Of a DNA stretch of 64,000 nt, positions 1 to 9,643 are shown piece by piece (the stretch's first letter is position 1; every line of letters begins with the position of its first letter). The translations under genes and the position numbers were made by a program. The notes beneath the pieces are model-generated. The model was not told where the DNA came from, did not search any database, and worked only from the letters and a program-made list of their open reading frames with translations. The stretch is from Candidatus Bathyarchaeota archaeon (GTDB lineage Archaea; Thermoproteota; Bathyarchaeia; Bathyarchaeales; Bathycorpusculaceae), in assembly GCA_963733095.1 (NCBI GenBank), contig CAVTBV010000012.1, positions 416,001 through 480,000 of the forward strand, given 5' to 3'.

Positions 1-1182
1 AAAATCGCTTCCATGGCTTCTACAAAATATGTTAAGGTTGAGCGTGTGAAGGCTATTGAGAAGGAGATTAAGCACGACATTGCCTCGCTGGTCCGTGCAT
101 TATCAGAGGTTTGTGGGTCAAGTGGCGCCTACGTCCACCTTGGGGCAACAAGCTACGACATAGTGGATACAGCCAACGCATTACAACTCAAAGACGCTTT
201 AAATGTAATTGAGAAAAAACTTTGCGATTTCAAAGTTGTCTTGCAAAAGCAAGCGCTCCAGCATAAAAACACAGCCATGATTGGCAGAACCCACGGGCAA
301 CATGCCTTACCCATTACTTTGGGCTTCAAGTTTGCAGTCTGGGGATACGAAATCAACAGGCACATAGAGCGCTTAGAAGAGTGCAAGAAACGGGTTTTAG
401 TTGGAAAAGTGAGCGGTGCCGTGGGCACACAGGCTGGTTTAGGCGAGCATGCGGAGCAGATTCAGGAGCTTGTTATGAAAAGGCTGGGTTTACAGGCGGC
501 TGAAATTTCCACACAAATCGTTCAGAGAGACCGCTACGCTGAACTTGTTTGCATTTATGCATCAATTGCTTCTTCGCTGGAGAATTTCGCAACCGAAATC
601 CGTGAATTACAACGCCCCGAAATTAGCGAGCTCTTCGAATCTTTTGAAGCTAAAAAACAGGTCGGCAGCTCCACAATGCCACACAAGCAAAACCCCGAGA
701 CTTGCGAGCGAGTATGCGGTTTGGCTCGAATTGTCCGAAGCCTCAGCACTCCCGCATTGGAGGATATGGTTACGTGGCATGAACGCGACTTAACCCAGTC
801 CTCAGCTGAACGGTTCATTCTTCCAGAGTCAAACATACTGCTCGATTACATCCTTACCCTAATGTGCAACATTATTGCTAGCCTGCGTGTTGACAGCGAA
901 CGGATGCTGCAGAACCTCTCGTTGACTCAGGGACGTGCAATGTCGGAGCCAGTAATGATGGCGCTGACCAAGAAGGGCGTTAACAGGCAGGAAGCCCATG
1001 AAATGCTCAGAAAACTAACCATCCAAAGCGCACTGGAGAAGAAGGAGTTCAAGCAAATACTCATGGAAGACAAGTTCATCGGCGGCAAACTGAGTGAAAA
1101 AGAAATCGACCTAGCAATAAACCCAAAAAACTATTTGGGCACTGCGGTTAAACAGGCAGAGAGGTTCGCGAAGAGCGTTTAG
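1..1182 (+). CDS. purB: Adenylosuccinate lyase, 5'-truncated by the window edge
   Basis: Frame is open from base 1. Motifs HDI, VHLGATSYDI, GRTHGQHA and the fumarase-family signature GSSTMPHKQNP; WHERDLT. Confidence 0.95.
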   Translation, partial: KIASMASTKYVKVERVKAIEKEIKHDIASLVRALSEVCGSSGAYVHLGATSYDIVDTANALQLKDALNVIEKKLCDFKVVLQKQALQHKNTAMIGRTHGQHALPITLGFKFAVWGYEINRHIERLEECKKRVLVGKVSGAVGTQAGLGEHAEQIQELVMKRLGLQAAEISTQIVQRDRYAELVCIYASIASSLENFATEIRELQRPEISELFESFEAKKQVGSSTMPHKQNPETCERVCGLARIVRSLSTPALEDMVTWHERDLTQSSAERFILPESNILLDYILTLMCNIIASLRVDSERMLQNLSLTQGRAMSEPVMMALTKKGVNRQEAHEMLRKLTIQSALEKKEFKQILMEDKFIGGKLSEKEIDLAINPKNYLGTAVKQAERFAKSV

Positions 1183-3476
1183 AAATCAAACAAGCCTTTC
1201 TGCGCCGCCTCATCTGACGCCGCCGCGGCCTTATCCAAGTTTTCCCACTCATCCTTCTTGACATAGCCGCCGACTTGCTCCTTGATTTTCTTGGCAAGCC
1301 TTGGCCCAACAGAAGGCAGGTTGGTTAGTTCTTCGGTGGAGGCGTGTTTGAGGTCTGGGATTGTTTGGTATCCCGCGTTGAATATTATGCGTCCGCGGAC
1401 TCTACCGACGCCTTCCAGCGCCACAATGGGTAATAGTTCGCGTTTTATACCTTTAGAAACCCGCTCGACCAGTTCATGGCTTAGAGTGGAAACCTCTTTG
1501 TTTTTGGCAACACAGGGCGTTAATTCGTCTGTGGCGTGCAAAAGCCACTTGGCAGTCTCGATTGTTCGGTAGAGGTCGCCTGGCTGAACATTGAAGCGTT
1601 CAATGATTTTTTCTTCCGGCAACTCTTCAATCCAATTGTTCATAACCATAGCGGTTTTGATTTCGCCTAAAAACTCGGCGTAGCCGATGTGGTCGCTCCA
1701 CTGGTCAGGCGGTTCCATGAATAATTCTTGTTTGTGGTCTTCAGTTTGGACAGCTAACTTGTCCATTTCCCGCTGGTAGGGCCTCATTATTGGACCCATA
1801 TCGGGTGTATGGGAGACCAAATGGAGCAGACTGAACTCTGTTAAAAGGGGCGGTTTACTCTGCAGCGCATCCCTGATGATTACTCCTGAGAGAGGGTCAA
1901 TGTAGAGTTCGCTTATACGCTTACCAAATTTAGTGGCAAGGATATGGTCACCTACAACAAGAATCATTTCTTCCTCATGCAGGAAACGCAGGATTTTGTC
2001 GATTATGGTTTTGATGGCTTTCACATCGAATTGGTAGGCGTAGAAAGTTTTACCAAAAAACTCGTAGATGCCCCGCTCAGTGTCAGCAAAGCCTGAGGCA
2101 ATCGTTGAGAGCACATGGGTGCGGATGATTCTCTCCACAGCTAGGCGAGACCAGATTTTCTCTGTTTTTGCTAACACATAGTTTTCCATGAGGAAGTCGG
2201 CTTCGTCAGCGGTTTTTGCGATAAGTACTGATTCGCCGAATTTGTCGTATTTTGGTCTTCCAGCTCTGCCAGCCATTTGCTTGTAGTCCAAGACGCTTAT
2301 GGGGTAGTTGCCTAGCCCAGCTTCAAAACGCCTGTAGTCTTGGATGATGACTGTTCTTGCAGGAAGGTTAACGCCCCAAGCCAACGTTGGAGTCGCGGTT
2401 AAAACCTTGATTTTTCGCTCTTTAAACGCGTCTTCGATTATTTTACGATGAGCCCCTGACAACCCAGCGTGGTGATAGGCTGTGGCGCAGCGAACCAACT
2501 CAGCAAGCTCATCGCTCATTCCAGTGCGTTCACCAACATCGAGGATTTTCTTTGCTTCTGCTTCGAGAACGTTCCTTGTTTTTTCTTCCAATGATTGTTT
2601 AACCAGTTTTGAGCCCGATTTAGGATAGAGTGCCTTGTCCATGTGGGTTGCAACAGTTTTAGCCGCTGAAACGGCGTTACGTCTTGTGGAAGCAAAAATC
2701 AGGGCTTGCCCCCCGCTCTTGAGCGTGTCCAAAACCATGTTTATAACGGTTAGGCGGGTTTCCTGCTCCACTTTCCTTGAAGAGCCATCCTTGTACTGCA
2801 CTTCGGCTTGGAGTATGACGCCCTCTTTTAGATTAATGGGGCGCCATTCCGTGACGATGTATTTTGCGTTGAGCCACCCTGCGATTTCATCAACGTTATT
2901 GATGGTAGCGCTTAGGGCTAAAATTTGGATGTGGAGGTTAACCTGCAAGAGTCTTGCGAGCACAATTTCGAGGGTTGGTCCACGTTCAGCCTCGTTTAAG
3001 AGGTGAACTTCGTCGGCAACTACCAGAGAGATGGTGTCCATCCATTTGGCGCGGTGCCGCAAAAGAGAATCCGCCTTCTCATTAGTTGTAACGATGACGT
3101 CGTAGCGTTCAAGCCAATTGTCCGCGCTGTCAAAGTCTCCTGTACTTATGCCCACAGAAACCTTGCTACCATCCGCTTTCCTGATAGAAGTGTATTTTTT
3201 GAAATCCTCAAATTTCTCACTCGCCAACGCACGAAGCGGAGAGAGGTAGATAACTTTTCCATGGTTATCAAGAATATGTTTTAGGGCGCAAAGCTCTGCG
3301 ATCAAGGTTTTGCCTGAAGCCGTGGGACTAGCCAGAACTATGTTTTGTCCGTCCAGCACTCCCGCCCGTATGGTATCTTCTTGAGGTGGAAACAACTCCG
3401 CAATCCCCAAGCCAAGCAGGACTTCTTTGACGGGTTCTGGAACGGGCAACTCTGCAATCTTCACGGTATTCGCCAT
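1179..3476 (-). CDS. hel308: Ski2-like SF2 DNA helicase Hel308/Hjm
   Basis: PTASGKT, DEVH, ALSAT, HHAGL, QMAGRAGR; C-terminal HhH with RVRGR motif; ends GLFDF (PIP-like). Confidence 0.93.
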   Translation of the reverse strand: MANTVKIAELPVPEPVKEVLLGLGIAELFPPQEDTIRAGVLDGQNIVLASPTASGKTLIAELCALKHILDNHGKVIYLSPLRALASEKFEDFKKYTSIRKADGSKVSVGISTGDFDSADNWLERYDVIVTTNEKADSLLRHRAKWMDTISLVVADEVHLLNEAERGPTLEIVLARLLQVNLHIQILALSATINNVDEIAGWLNAKYIVTEWRPINLKEGVILQAEVQYKDGSSRKVEQETRLTVINMVLDTLKSGGQALIFASTRRNAVSAAKTVATHMDKALYPKSGSKLVKQSLEEKTRNVLEAEAKKILDVGERTGMSDELAELVRCATAYHHAGLSGAHRKIIEDAFKERKIKVLTATPTLAWGVNLPARTVIIQDYRRFEAGLGNYPISVLDYKQMAGRAGRPKYDKFGESVLIAKTADEADFLMENYVLAKTEKIWSRLAVERIIRTHVLSTIASGFADTERGIYEFFGKTFYAYQFDVKAIKTIIDKILRFLHEEEMILVVGDHILATKFGKRISELYIDPLSGVIIRDALQSKPPLLTEFSLLHLVSHTPDMGPIMRPYQREMDKLAVQTEDHKQELFMEPPDQWSDHIGYAEFLGEIKTAMVMNNWIEELPEEKIIERFNVQPGDLYRTIETAKWLLHATDELTPCVAKNKEVSTLSHELVERVSKGIKRELLPIVALEGVGRVRGRIIFNAGYQTIPDLKHASTEELTNLPSVGPRLAKKIKEQVGGYVKKDEWENLDKAAAASDEAAQKGLFDF

Positions 3477-3592
3477 AAATTCGGGTTATTTGAATACTAT
3501 GGGTTTGGGCGAGTTATTAGAGTTTTATTGTGTAGCGATGATTTTTTCGCCTGTTGAGTCGTGCTCTACGCAAAAAAGTTGACCGACTTTTT

Positions 3593-3623
3593 AAAAAAAA
3601 GAAGAGTAAGATAGCTCTTCTTT
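3593..3623 (-). terminator. Hairpin plus T-run downstream of the DUF1508-like gene
   Basis: AAAGAAGAG-taagatag-CTCTTCTTT inverted repeat followed by a T tract on the - strand, 3 nt after the stop codon. Confidence 0.5.
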
Positions 3624-3626
3624 GTC

Positions 3627-3800
3627 TTAGGCAGTTTGGTCTTTGATTGCTGCGAAAACTGCGCTGCTCATTATGCAGTCTATGCCGTTCATGCAACCCT
3701 GCTTGGTCTCGTATACTTCGCTAACTGCAACTACTTCACCGTTTGCCGCTTTGAAACGCCAGTAAAATTTCCCATTTATAGTATTTCTTATTTCAAACAT
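3627..3800 (-). CDS. Small YegP/DUF1508-family protein (57 aa, not in the ORF track)
   Basis: Manual translation: MFEIRNTINGKFYWRFKAANGEVVAVSEVYETKQGCMNGIDCIMSSAVFAAIKDQTA, matching the FE..G..xWRxKAxNGE.xAxSExY pattern. Confidence 0.8.
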   Translation of the reverse strand: MFEIRNTINGKFYWRFKAANGEVVAVSEVYETKQGCMNGIDCIMSSAVFAAIKDQTA

Positions 3801-4057
3801 TGCAGCTATGTCGTGTCACCATGCGTTTATTTTCTGAAGTGCTATTAATATTTAATTTAATTCAGGGTGTTCTGTTTTATCCATTGATAATGTTTTAAAC
3901 ACAAATCTTTACATTCCAATACCATTGACTGATATTTCTCCGCTTTAACTTTGAATTACGAAAACTGCGTTTACCAAGGAGTTACTTCGTGGCTAGGTTT
4001 TTTTACTTGAACTGGATACTAGCAAGGTAGAACTAGTTATATGTCCCAAAAAATTAG

Positions 4058-5293
4058 GTGGATACTGTTATGGTTGAAAACGTGAAAGAGCTCCTCAAAC
4101 TGCATGAGGGTATTACGCATGAAGTTTACTTAGACAATGAAAACAGCTGCGTTGTTCCCCAAGAAGTAGTAGAGGCAATGCTGCCATACTTCAACAAGAC
4201 TGCATACGGCAACCCCACGCTTACACACAAGCCCGGCTGGGAAGCATTCGAAGTCATAATGAATTGTTTTCAAAAAATCAGCAAGTACATAGGCGCAAAA
4301 ATGCTCGAAGAAATCACATTTACACCCAGCGAAACCGAAGCCAACAACTTAGCAATCATGGGCTCATGCTTTGCACACAAAAGTAAGGGCAAAAAAATTG
4401 TAATTTCAGAAATCGAACCAATCAATGTGCTTCAGGTTGCCGAAATGATGGGGAAATTCGGTTTCTCAACTACCAAAATCCCCGTAGACCACGAAGGCTT
4501 CATCAACCTTGAAAGACTAAAAGAAGCCATCGACAACGAAACCTTACTTGTCAGTATATCAACTGTAAACAACGAGCTTGGAACAATCCAACCGATTAAA
4601 GAAGCTGTTGACATCGTTAAAGCCAAAAACCCCCAAACCCTATTCCACACCGACGCTTCCGACGCGTACGGCAGAATACCCTTAAACGTGCAAGACCTAA
4701 AAGTTGACTTAGCCACAGTGAGCAGCTACAAGATTCAAGGTCCAAGAGGAATGGGCGCTATGTACCTGAGAGATGGCGTAAACATGGAACGCATCCTCGA
4801 AGGACAAATCGGAACCCAAAAACTCTGGCCCGGAGTCGAAAACACCCCGTTAATTGTTGGCTTCACCAAAGCCTCCGAACTTGCTTTTGAGAACTTCGAA
4901 GCGAACACCGCCAAGATGCGTATGCTCCGCGACAAACTCGCAGATGGCATATTTGCTGAACTAAATGACCTTCGGTTTAACGGTCCAAAAGGCGACAAAC
5001 GCTCACCCGACAACGCAAACATCAGCATTCTTAGGGCGGAAGGAGAAGCATTAACAATTGAACTCAGCCTCAAAGGCGTCTATGTTTCCAGCGGAAGCGC
5101 ATGCAGCAGAAGACTCTTGCAGCCCAGCCACGTTCTTATCGCCATCGGACGTATATTCGAGGAAGCCCACGGCAGCATACTCATGAAAGTTACCCGCAAC
5201 CAAACAGAAGAAGATATAGCTTACGTTCTTAGTGTTTTACCTACAGCTGTCAACCGTATTAGAGGGATAGTTGGCTCAACAGGAGTGCACTAG
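4058..5293 (+). CDS. iscS: IscS/NifS-like cysteine desulfurase (divergent active site)
   Basis: YGNP, VNNELGTIQP, SSYKIQGP (PLP Lys) and SSGSACS (catalytic Cys); directly upstream of iscU. True start may be ATG 4070. Confidence 0.85.
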   Translation: MDTVMVENVKELLKLHEGITHEVYLDNENSCVVPQEVVEAMLPYFNKTAYGNPTLTHKPGWEAFEVIMNCFQKISKYIGAKMLEEITFTPSETEANNLAIMGSCFAHKSKGKKIVISEIEPINVLQVAEMMGKFGFSTTKIPVDHEGFINLERLKEAIDNETLLVSISTVNNELGTIQPIKEAVDIVKAKNPQTLFHTDASDAYGRIPLNVQDLKVDLATVSSYKIQGPRGMGAMYLRDGVNMERILEGQIGTQKLWPGVENTPLIVGFTKASELAFENFEANTAKMRMLRDKLADGIFAELNDLRFNGPKGDKRSPDNANISILRAEGEALTIELSLKGVYVSSGSACSRRLLQPSHVLIAIGRIFEEAHGSILMKVTRNQTEEDIAYVLSVLPTAVNRIRGIVGSTGVH

Positions 5294-5295
5294 AT

Positions 5296-5811
5296 ATGTC
5301 ACGCATACCCTTACCATACAACCCAAAAGTCATGGACTTATTCCAACACCCCAAGAACCTTGGAAAAATGGAAGATGCAACCGTCGTCGCAGTCGCAGGT
5401 AACCCTGCATGTGGAGACATGATAACCTTCTATTTAAAAATCGATGAAATAAAACAAGTAATCATAAAATCAAGTTTTGAAAGCTACGGATGCGCCGCAA
5501 ACATAGCCACATCAAGCATAGTCACTGAAATGATAAAAGGCTTAACACTTGAAAACGCATGGAACGACATAACCTGGAAAAGAGTCACTGAAGAAATCGG
5601 CGGATTACCAAGCGTCAAATTCCACTGCGGGGTTCTCGCTGTCGGTGCGTTGAAAAGAGCGATAAGACAGTATTTTACCCAAAAAAATGTCGAGCCGCCA
5701 AGCTGGTTGCCAAAAGAACACACCTTTGAAGAAAAGCAGGCGTTAGAAGAAGAAGAACTGGCAAAAACGCTCTCTAAGAGGCTAAAACCTGAGGCAGAAA
5801 AAAAATCATAG
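5296..5811 (+). CDS. iscU: Fe-S cluster scaffold IscU/NifU
   Basis: HPKNLG, GNPACGD, YGCAANIA, LPSVKFHC. Confidence 0.93.
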   Translation: MSRIPLPYNPKVMDLFQHPKNLGKMEDATVVAVAGNPACGDMITFYLKIDEIKQVIIKSSFESYGCAANIATSSIVTEMIKGLTLENAWNDITWKRVTEEIGGLPSVKFHCGVLAVGALKRAIRQYFTQKNVEPPSWLPKEHTFEEKQALEEEELAKTLSKRLKPEAEKKS

Positions 5812-5813
5812 AT

Positions 5814-7040
5814 ATGCAGGTAATCAGGCAAGACTTCCCTATTTTAAACCGCAAAGTGAACGGCAACCCCCTAATCTACTTTGACAACGCCGCAACTACC
5901 CAGAAACCCCGCCAAGTCATAGACGCAGTAACAGATTTCTACGAAAACCACAACGGCAACGTCCACCGCGCCGTCCACTCCCTATCACTGGAAGCAACCG
6001 ACCTCTACGAGAAGGCACGGGAAAGAATCGCTAAATTCATCGACGCAAAACAACCCAGTGAAGTTATTTTTGTCAGGGGCACAACCGAAGCCATCAACTT
6101 GGTTGCATATTCCTGGGGACTAAACATCCTAAGCAAAGGTGACGAGGTTTTGGTTTCTTTGATGGAGCACCACAGCAACATTGTTCCATGGGAAATAACT
6201 GCCAAACTGAAAGGCTTCACTATCAAGTACGCCAAAATCAACCCTGATGGCACATTAGATTATGATGATTTTGAAAGTAAACTTTGCAGCAAAACAAAGA
6301 TTGCCTGTCTAAGCCACGTTTCAAACGTCACAGGCGTAATCAATGATGTTAAACGCATAGGCAAAGTAGCCCATGACAACGGTGCTTTAATGCTGGTTGA
6401 CGGCGCCCAGTCGGTTCCACACATGAAGGTTGATGTTCAAGACTTAAACATGGATTTTCTCGCTTTTTCAGGGCACAAAATGCTCGGTCCAACAGGCATC
6501 GGAGTTTTTTACGGCAAGAAGGAAGTTCTGGAAAAGATGCCGCCTTTTCAAGGAGGCGGCGAAATGATTAAAGAAGTTGAGTTTAGCAAAGATCAGGGTG
6601 GCTGCTCTGTTTCGTGGAATGAGTTGCCCTGGAAGTTTGAGGCAGGTACGCCTAACATTGCTGGAGCGGTTGGTTTGGGCACCGCAGTTGAGTACCTTGA
6701 GAAGGTAGGCATGGACAATGTTTTATCTCATGAAAAAGACCTAACAGAGTACGTCGTTGAGAGGATGAAGGAATGTGGCAAAACCACAGTATATGGTCCA
6801 AGCAACCTTTCCAAGAAATTAGGAATCATACCTTTCAGCGTTAAAGGCTTATCTTCCCATGATGTGGCGTTATTCTTTGACAATTATGGCGTTATGATGC
6901 GTAGCGGTTACCACTGTGCACAGCCGCTGCATCAAGTTTTCAAGCTGGAATCTTCCGCGCGGGTAAGCTTCTACATCTACAATACAAAAGATGAAGTTGA
7001 CCGTTTCGTAGAAATCCTAAAGGAGTTTGAGCAGTTCTAA
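5814..7040 (+). CDS. sufS: SufS-type (group II) cysteine desulfurase
   Basis: RQDFPIL, YFDNAATTQKP, MEHHSN, SGHKMLGPTG, RSGYHCAQP. Confidence 0.93.
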   Translation: MQVIRQDFPILNRKVNGNPLIYFDNAATTQKPRQVIDAVTDFYENHNGNVHRAVHSLSLEATDLYEKARERIAKFIDAKQPSEVIFVRGTTEAINLVAYSWGLNILSKGDEVLVSLMEHHSNIVPWEITAKLKGFTIKYAKINPDGTLDYDDFESKLCSKTKIACLSHVSNVTGVINDVKRIGKVAHDNGALMLVDGAQSVPHMKVDVQDLNMDFLAFSGHKMLGPTGIGVFYGKKEVLEKMPPFQGGGEMIKEVEFSKDQGGCSVSWNELPWKFEAGTPNIAGAVGLGTAVEYLEKVGMDNVLSHEKDLTEYVVERMKECGKTTVYGPSNLSKKLGIIPFSVKGLSSHDVALFFDNYGVMMRSGYHCAQPLHQVFKLESSARVSFYIYNTKDEVDRFVEILKEFEQF

Positions 7041-7309
7041 TGGCAACTATCGACGATTATGTGGCTCGAGTCGAAGGAACCTGCGGTGCAGAAAAAGACG
7101 TAATAGTAGTCTTCAAGTACGAGAAGAGGGACGAAGCCATCGCTAACATCCTGAAAAAAGCCACCCTAAAAAACAAGATTGTGGGGATAATTTTTGAGTT
7201 AACATACCAAGACTTCTCTTTTCGGGTCTACTCGAGTGGAAAAGCGATATTTCGAAGCATAAAGAACCGAGAAGAACTAAACAAACTCTTAGCTGACCTG
7301 TTGCTTTAG
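7040..7309 (+). CDS. Hypothetical 89-aa protein coupled to sufS, single Cys (GTCG)
   Basis: TAATG stop/start overlap with sufS; plausible globular composition. Confidence 0.7.
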   Translation: MATIDDYVARVEGTCGAEKDVIVVFKYEKRDEAIANILKKATLKNKIVGIIFELTYQDFSFRVYSSGKAIFRSIKNREELNKLLADLLL

Positions 7310-7382
7310 ATGCCAGCTATCGTGCAAACCTATTTTAGCTCACGCAAAGAGTTACTCATGAATAGGTAGGTATGAGCTTAGC

Positions 7383-8537
7383 GTGCGTAAAGTCGGAGTC
7401 TTAAGAGGCCCAAACCTAAACCCATATGAAGGACAATACTTCGAGAAACTAACCAAATATGGGTTTCAACCAATAGGCATAACCACACATGACAAAGAGA
7501 AGCACCTACCAGAAATCACTTTTCCGATAAGAGCGGGACACAACCTACAAACCTTAACTAAAGGCAAACTGAAGCCAATTTTTTCTTTGTTCGGCAGAGC
7601 TACGAAATACAACTTTGAATCCTGGAATCTTCGCGTCATCGGGTTGAATAAACTCGTTAAAGACCTTGACATAATACATTCCGCCGACATTTGGTACCCC
7701 TTCACTTACCAAGCTGTAAAAACAGGCAAACCCACCATAGCAACAGAATGGGAAAACATACCCTTCAACGTTAAGGGCAAACCCTATCTAAAAATCCAAG
7801 AATACAACCGCCAACACGTAACCCACATCATCGCCATCACAAAGAAAGCCAAAGAAGCACTCTTAACCGAGGAAGTTAACCCTGAACGGATTTCAGTGAT
7901 TCCTGCTGGAATAAACTGTGACAGGTTTAAACCAACAGCAAAGACAACGACCAACAGGTTTGGCGTATCTGACAATTCAACAAAAATTCTTTTTGTTGGA
8001 CGGCTCACTCCTGAAAAAGGAATATTTGACCTGCTGAACGCCTTTTCCTTAATGATAAAGAAACATCAAAACATCGAACTCTTAGTTGCAGGCTCAGGCA
8101 CCCAAAAGATGCAGAGGCAAATCACGAAACTTGCTGAAAGCTTAAAAATCCAAAACAAAGTAAAGTTTTTCGGCAGCATAGGCTACTCAGAAATGGCAGA
8201 AATTCACAATTTAGCCGACATTTTCTGTTTACCAAGCGTGGAAACCGACTTCTGGGCTGAACAATTCGGCTATGCCCTTGTGGAAGCTATGGCCTGTGAA
8301 AAACCAGTAGTCTCAACCATCACGGGGTCAATTCCTGAAATTGTTAAGGACGGCGTTACCGGCATTTTGGTTGAACAAAAAAACCCTGTGGCACTTCAGT
8401 TGGCACTTGAAGAGCTGTTGCTTGACAAGAAAGAAAGAGAACAGTTGGGCAGGAATGGGCGCGCATGGGTTCTTGAGGCTTTTGAGGCAAACAAAATTGC
8501 CAAGCAGCTTGCAAGCCTTTATGAACGATTGATTTAA
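7383..8537 (+). CDS. Glycosyltransferase family 4
   Basis: LFVGRLTPEKG and EQFGYALVEAMACEKPVV. Confidence 0.9.
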   Translation: MRKVGVLRGPNLNPYEGQYFEKLTKYGFQPIGITTHDKEKHLPEITFPIRAGHNLQTLTKGKLKPIFSLFGRATKYNFESWNLRVIGLNKLVKDLDIIHSADIWYPFTYQAVKTGKPTIATEWENIPFNVKGKPYLKIQEYNRQHVTHIIAITKKAKEALLTEEVNPERISVIPAGINCDRFKPTAKTTTNRFGVSDNSTKILFVGRLTPEKGIFDLLNAFSLMIKKHQNIELLVAGSGTQKMQRQITKLAESLKIQNKVKFFGSIGYSEMAEIHNLADIFCLPSVETDFWAEQFGYALVEAMACEKPVVSTITGSIPEIVKDGVTGILVEQKNPVALQLALEELLLDKKEREQLGRNGRAWVLEAFEANKIAKQLASLYERLI

Positions 8538-9508
8538 ATTGAAAGCCGTAATTTTCTCCCATAAAGGAACCGCTGCTGGCGCTTTGTCATTATGCCTTTG
8601 ATGTCAAGGATGTTGGGAGCCCAAGCCCGTATGAAAAAGGAAAGCCTCTTTGAAGCATCCATCCTAAGTGTGATGGTCAACCCTCCTTGTACGTGTCGCC
8701 CAACGAAACATGCTATTAATGCTGGAATTTCAAATCTTAGAATGCGTTTCAAGATATCTTTGAGTTGGTAGTTGAGAAGGTAGAATCGGATGGCGCTTTT
8801 TCTGAAGATAAACGCTTTTTTAGAGCCCAATTTCGCTGTATCGATTCCGCAGTGGTGGATAAGGGTTGGTTCAGGGGTGTACACTATTTTGTATCCATAC
8901 AATCTTGCTCTTACACACCAGTCGCTGTCTTCACAATAAATGGGCGAAAAACCTTCGTCTAAGAGCCCAATTTCACGTATAACCTTTGATTTAATCAGCA
9001 AAACAGCGCCCGTGACGTAATCAACAAACTCGACCTTATCATACTGCCCCATATCTTTATCGCGTTCACCTCGGTGATAGGCACCACGCAGCTTAATGAC
9101 TCCACCGACATGCTGTATCCGCCCGTCTCCGTAAAGCAGTTTGCAGCCCACAACACCCACCTTGCGGTCAGACTCCAAAACAGCAGTAAGAGTCTCGAGC
9201 CATTTGCTGTCGGTAATTTCGATGTCGTTGTTTAGGAGCAAAACCTGTTTTGCACCGTTTGCAAGGGCAATTTGAATGCCTTGATTGTTTGCGATGGAGA
9301 AACCCATGTTAGCTTTGTTTCTTAATAATTGAACTTGGGGAAAGTTTTCTTGCAGCATCTCGATTGACCCGTCGGTGCTAGCGTTGTCTACGAGAACTAC
9401 TCGGCAGTTCTGGCTTTTGGTGTTGGCAAAGAGCGTTGTGAGGCACTTACGCAAAATTTCCTTGCCATTCCAATTAATGACGACGACATAGGTAAGTGGA
9501 TATGCCAA
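8534..9508 (-). CDS. Glycosyltransferase family 2
   Basis: VVINWNG, VDNASTDGS, LLNND, GLLDEGF..YCEDSD. Confidence 0.9.
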   Translation of the reverse strand: MAYPLTYVVVINWNGKEILRKCLTTLFANTKSQNCRVVLVDNASTDGSIEMLQENFPQVQLLRNKANMGFSIANNQGIQIALANGAKQVLLLNNDIEITDSKWLETLTAVLESDRKVGVVGCKLLYGDGRIQHVGGVIKLRGAYHRGERDKDMGQYDKVEFVDYVTGAVLLIKSKVIREIGLLDEGFSPIYCEDSDWCVRARLYGYKIVYTPEPTLIHHCGIDTAKLGSKKAFIFRKSAIRFYLLNYQLKDILKRILRFEIPALIACFVGRHVQGGLTITLRMDASKRLSFFIRAWAPNILDIKGIMTKRQQRFLYGRKLRLSI

Positions 9509-9643
9509 CAGGACTCCTCAACATTGAGTATGGCTTTGTTGATTTAACCTCTTTGCTATAACTCAATAAAATGATTCTCAAGTGAGAAGTCTGGTGCAGC
9601 TATAGCAATCTTAAAAATCTTAAAATAAAAAGTATAAGGCGTT

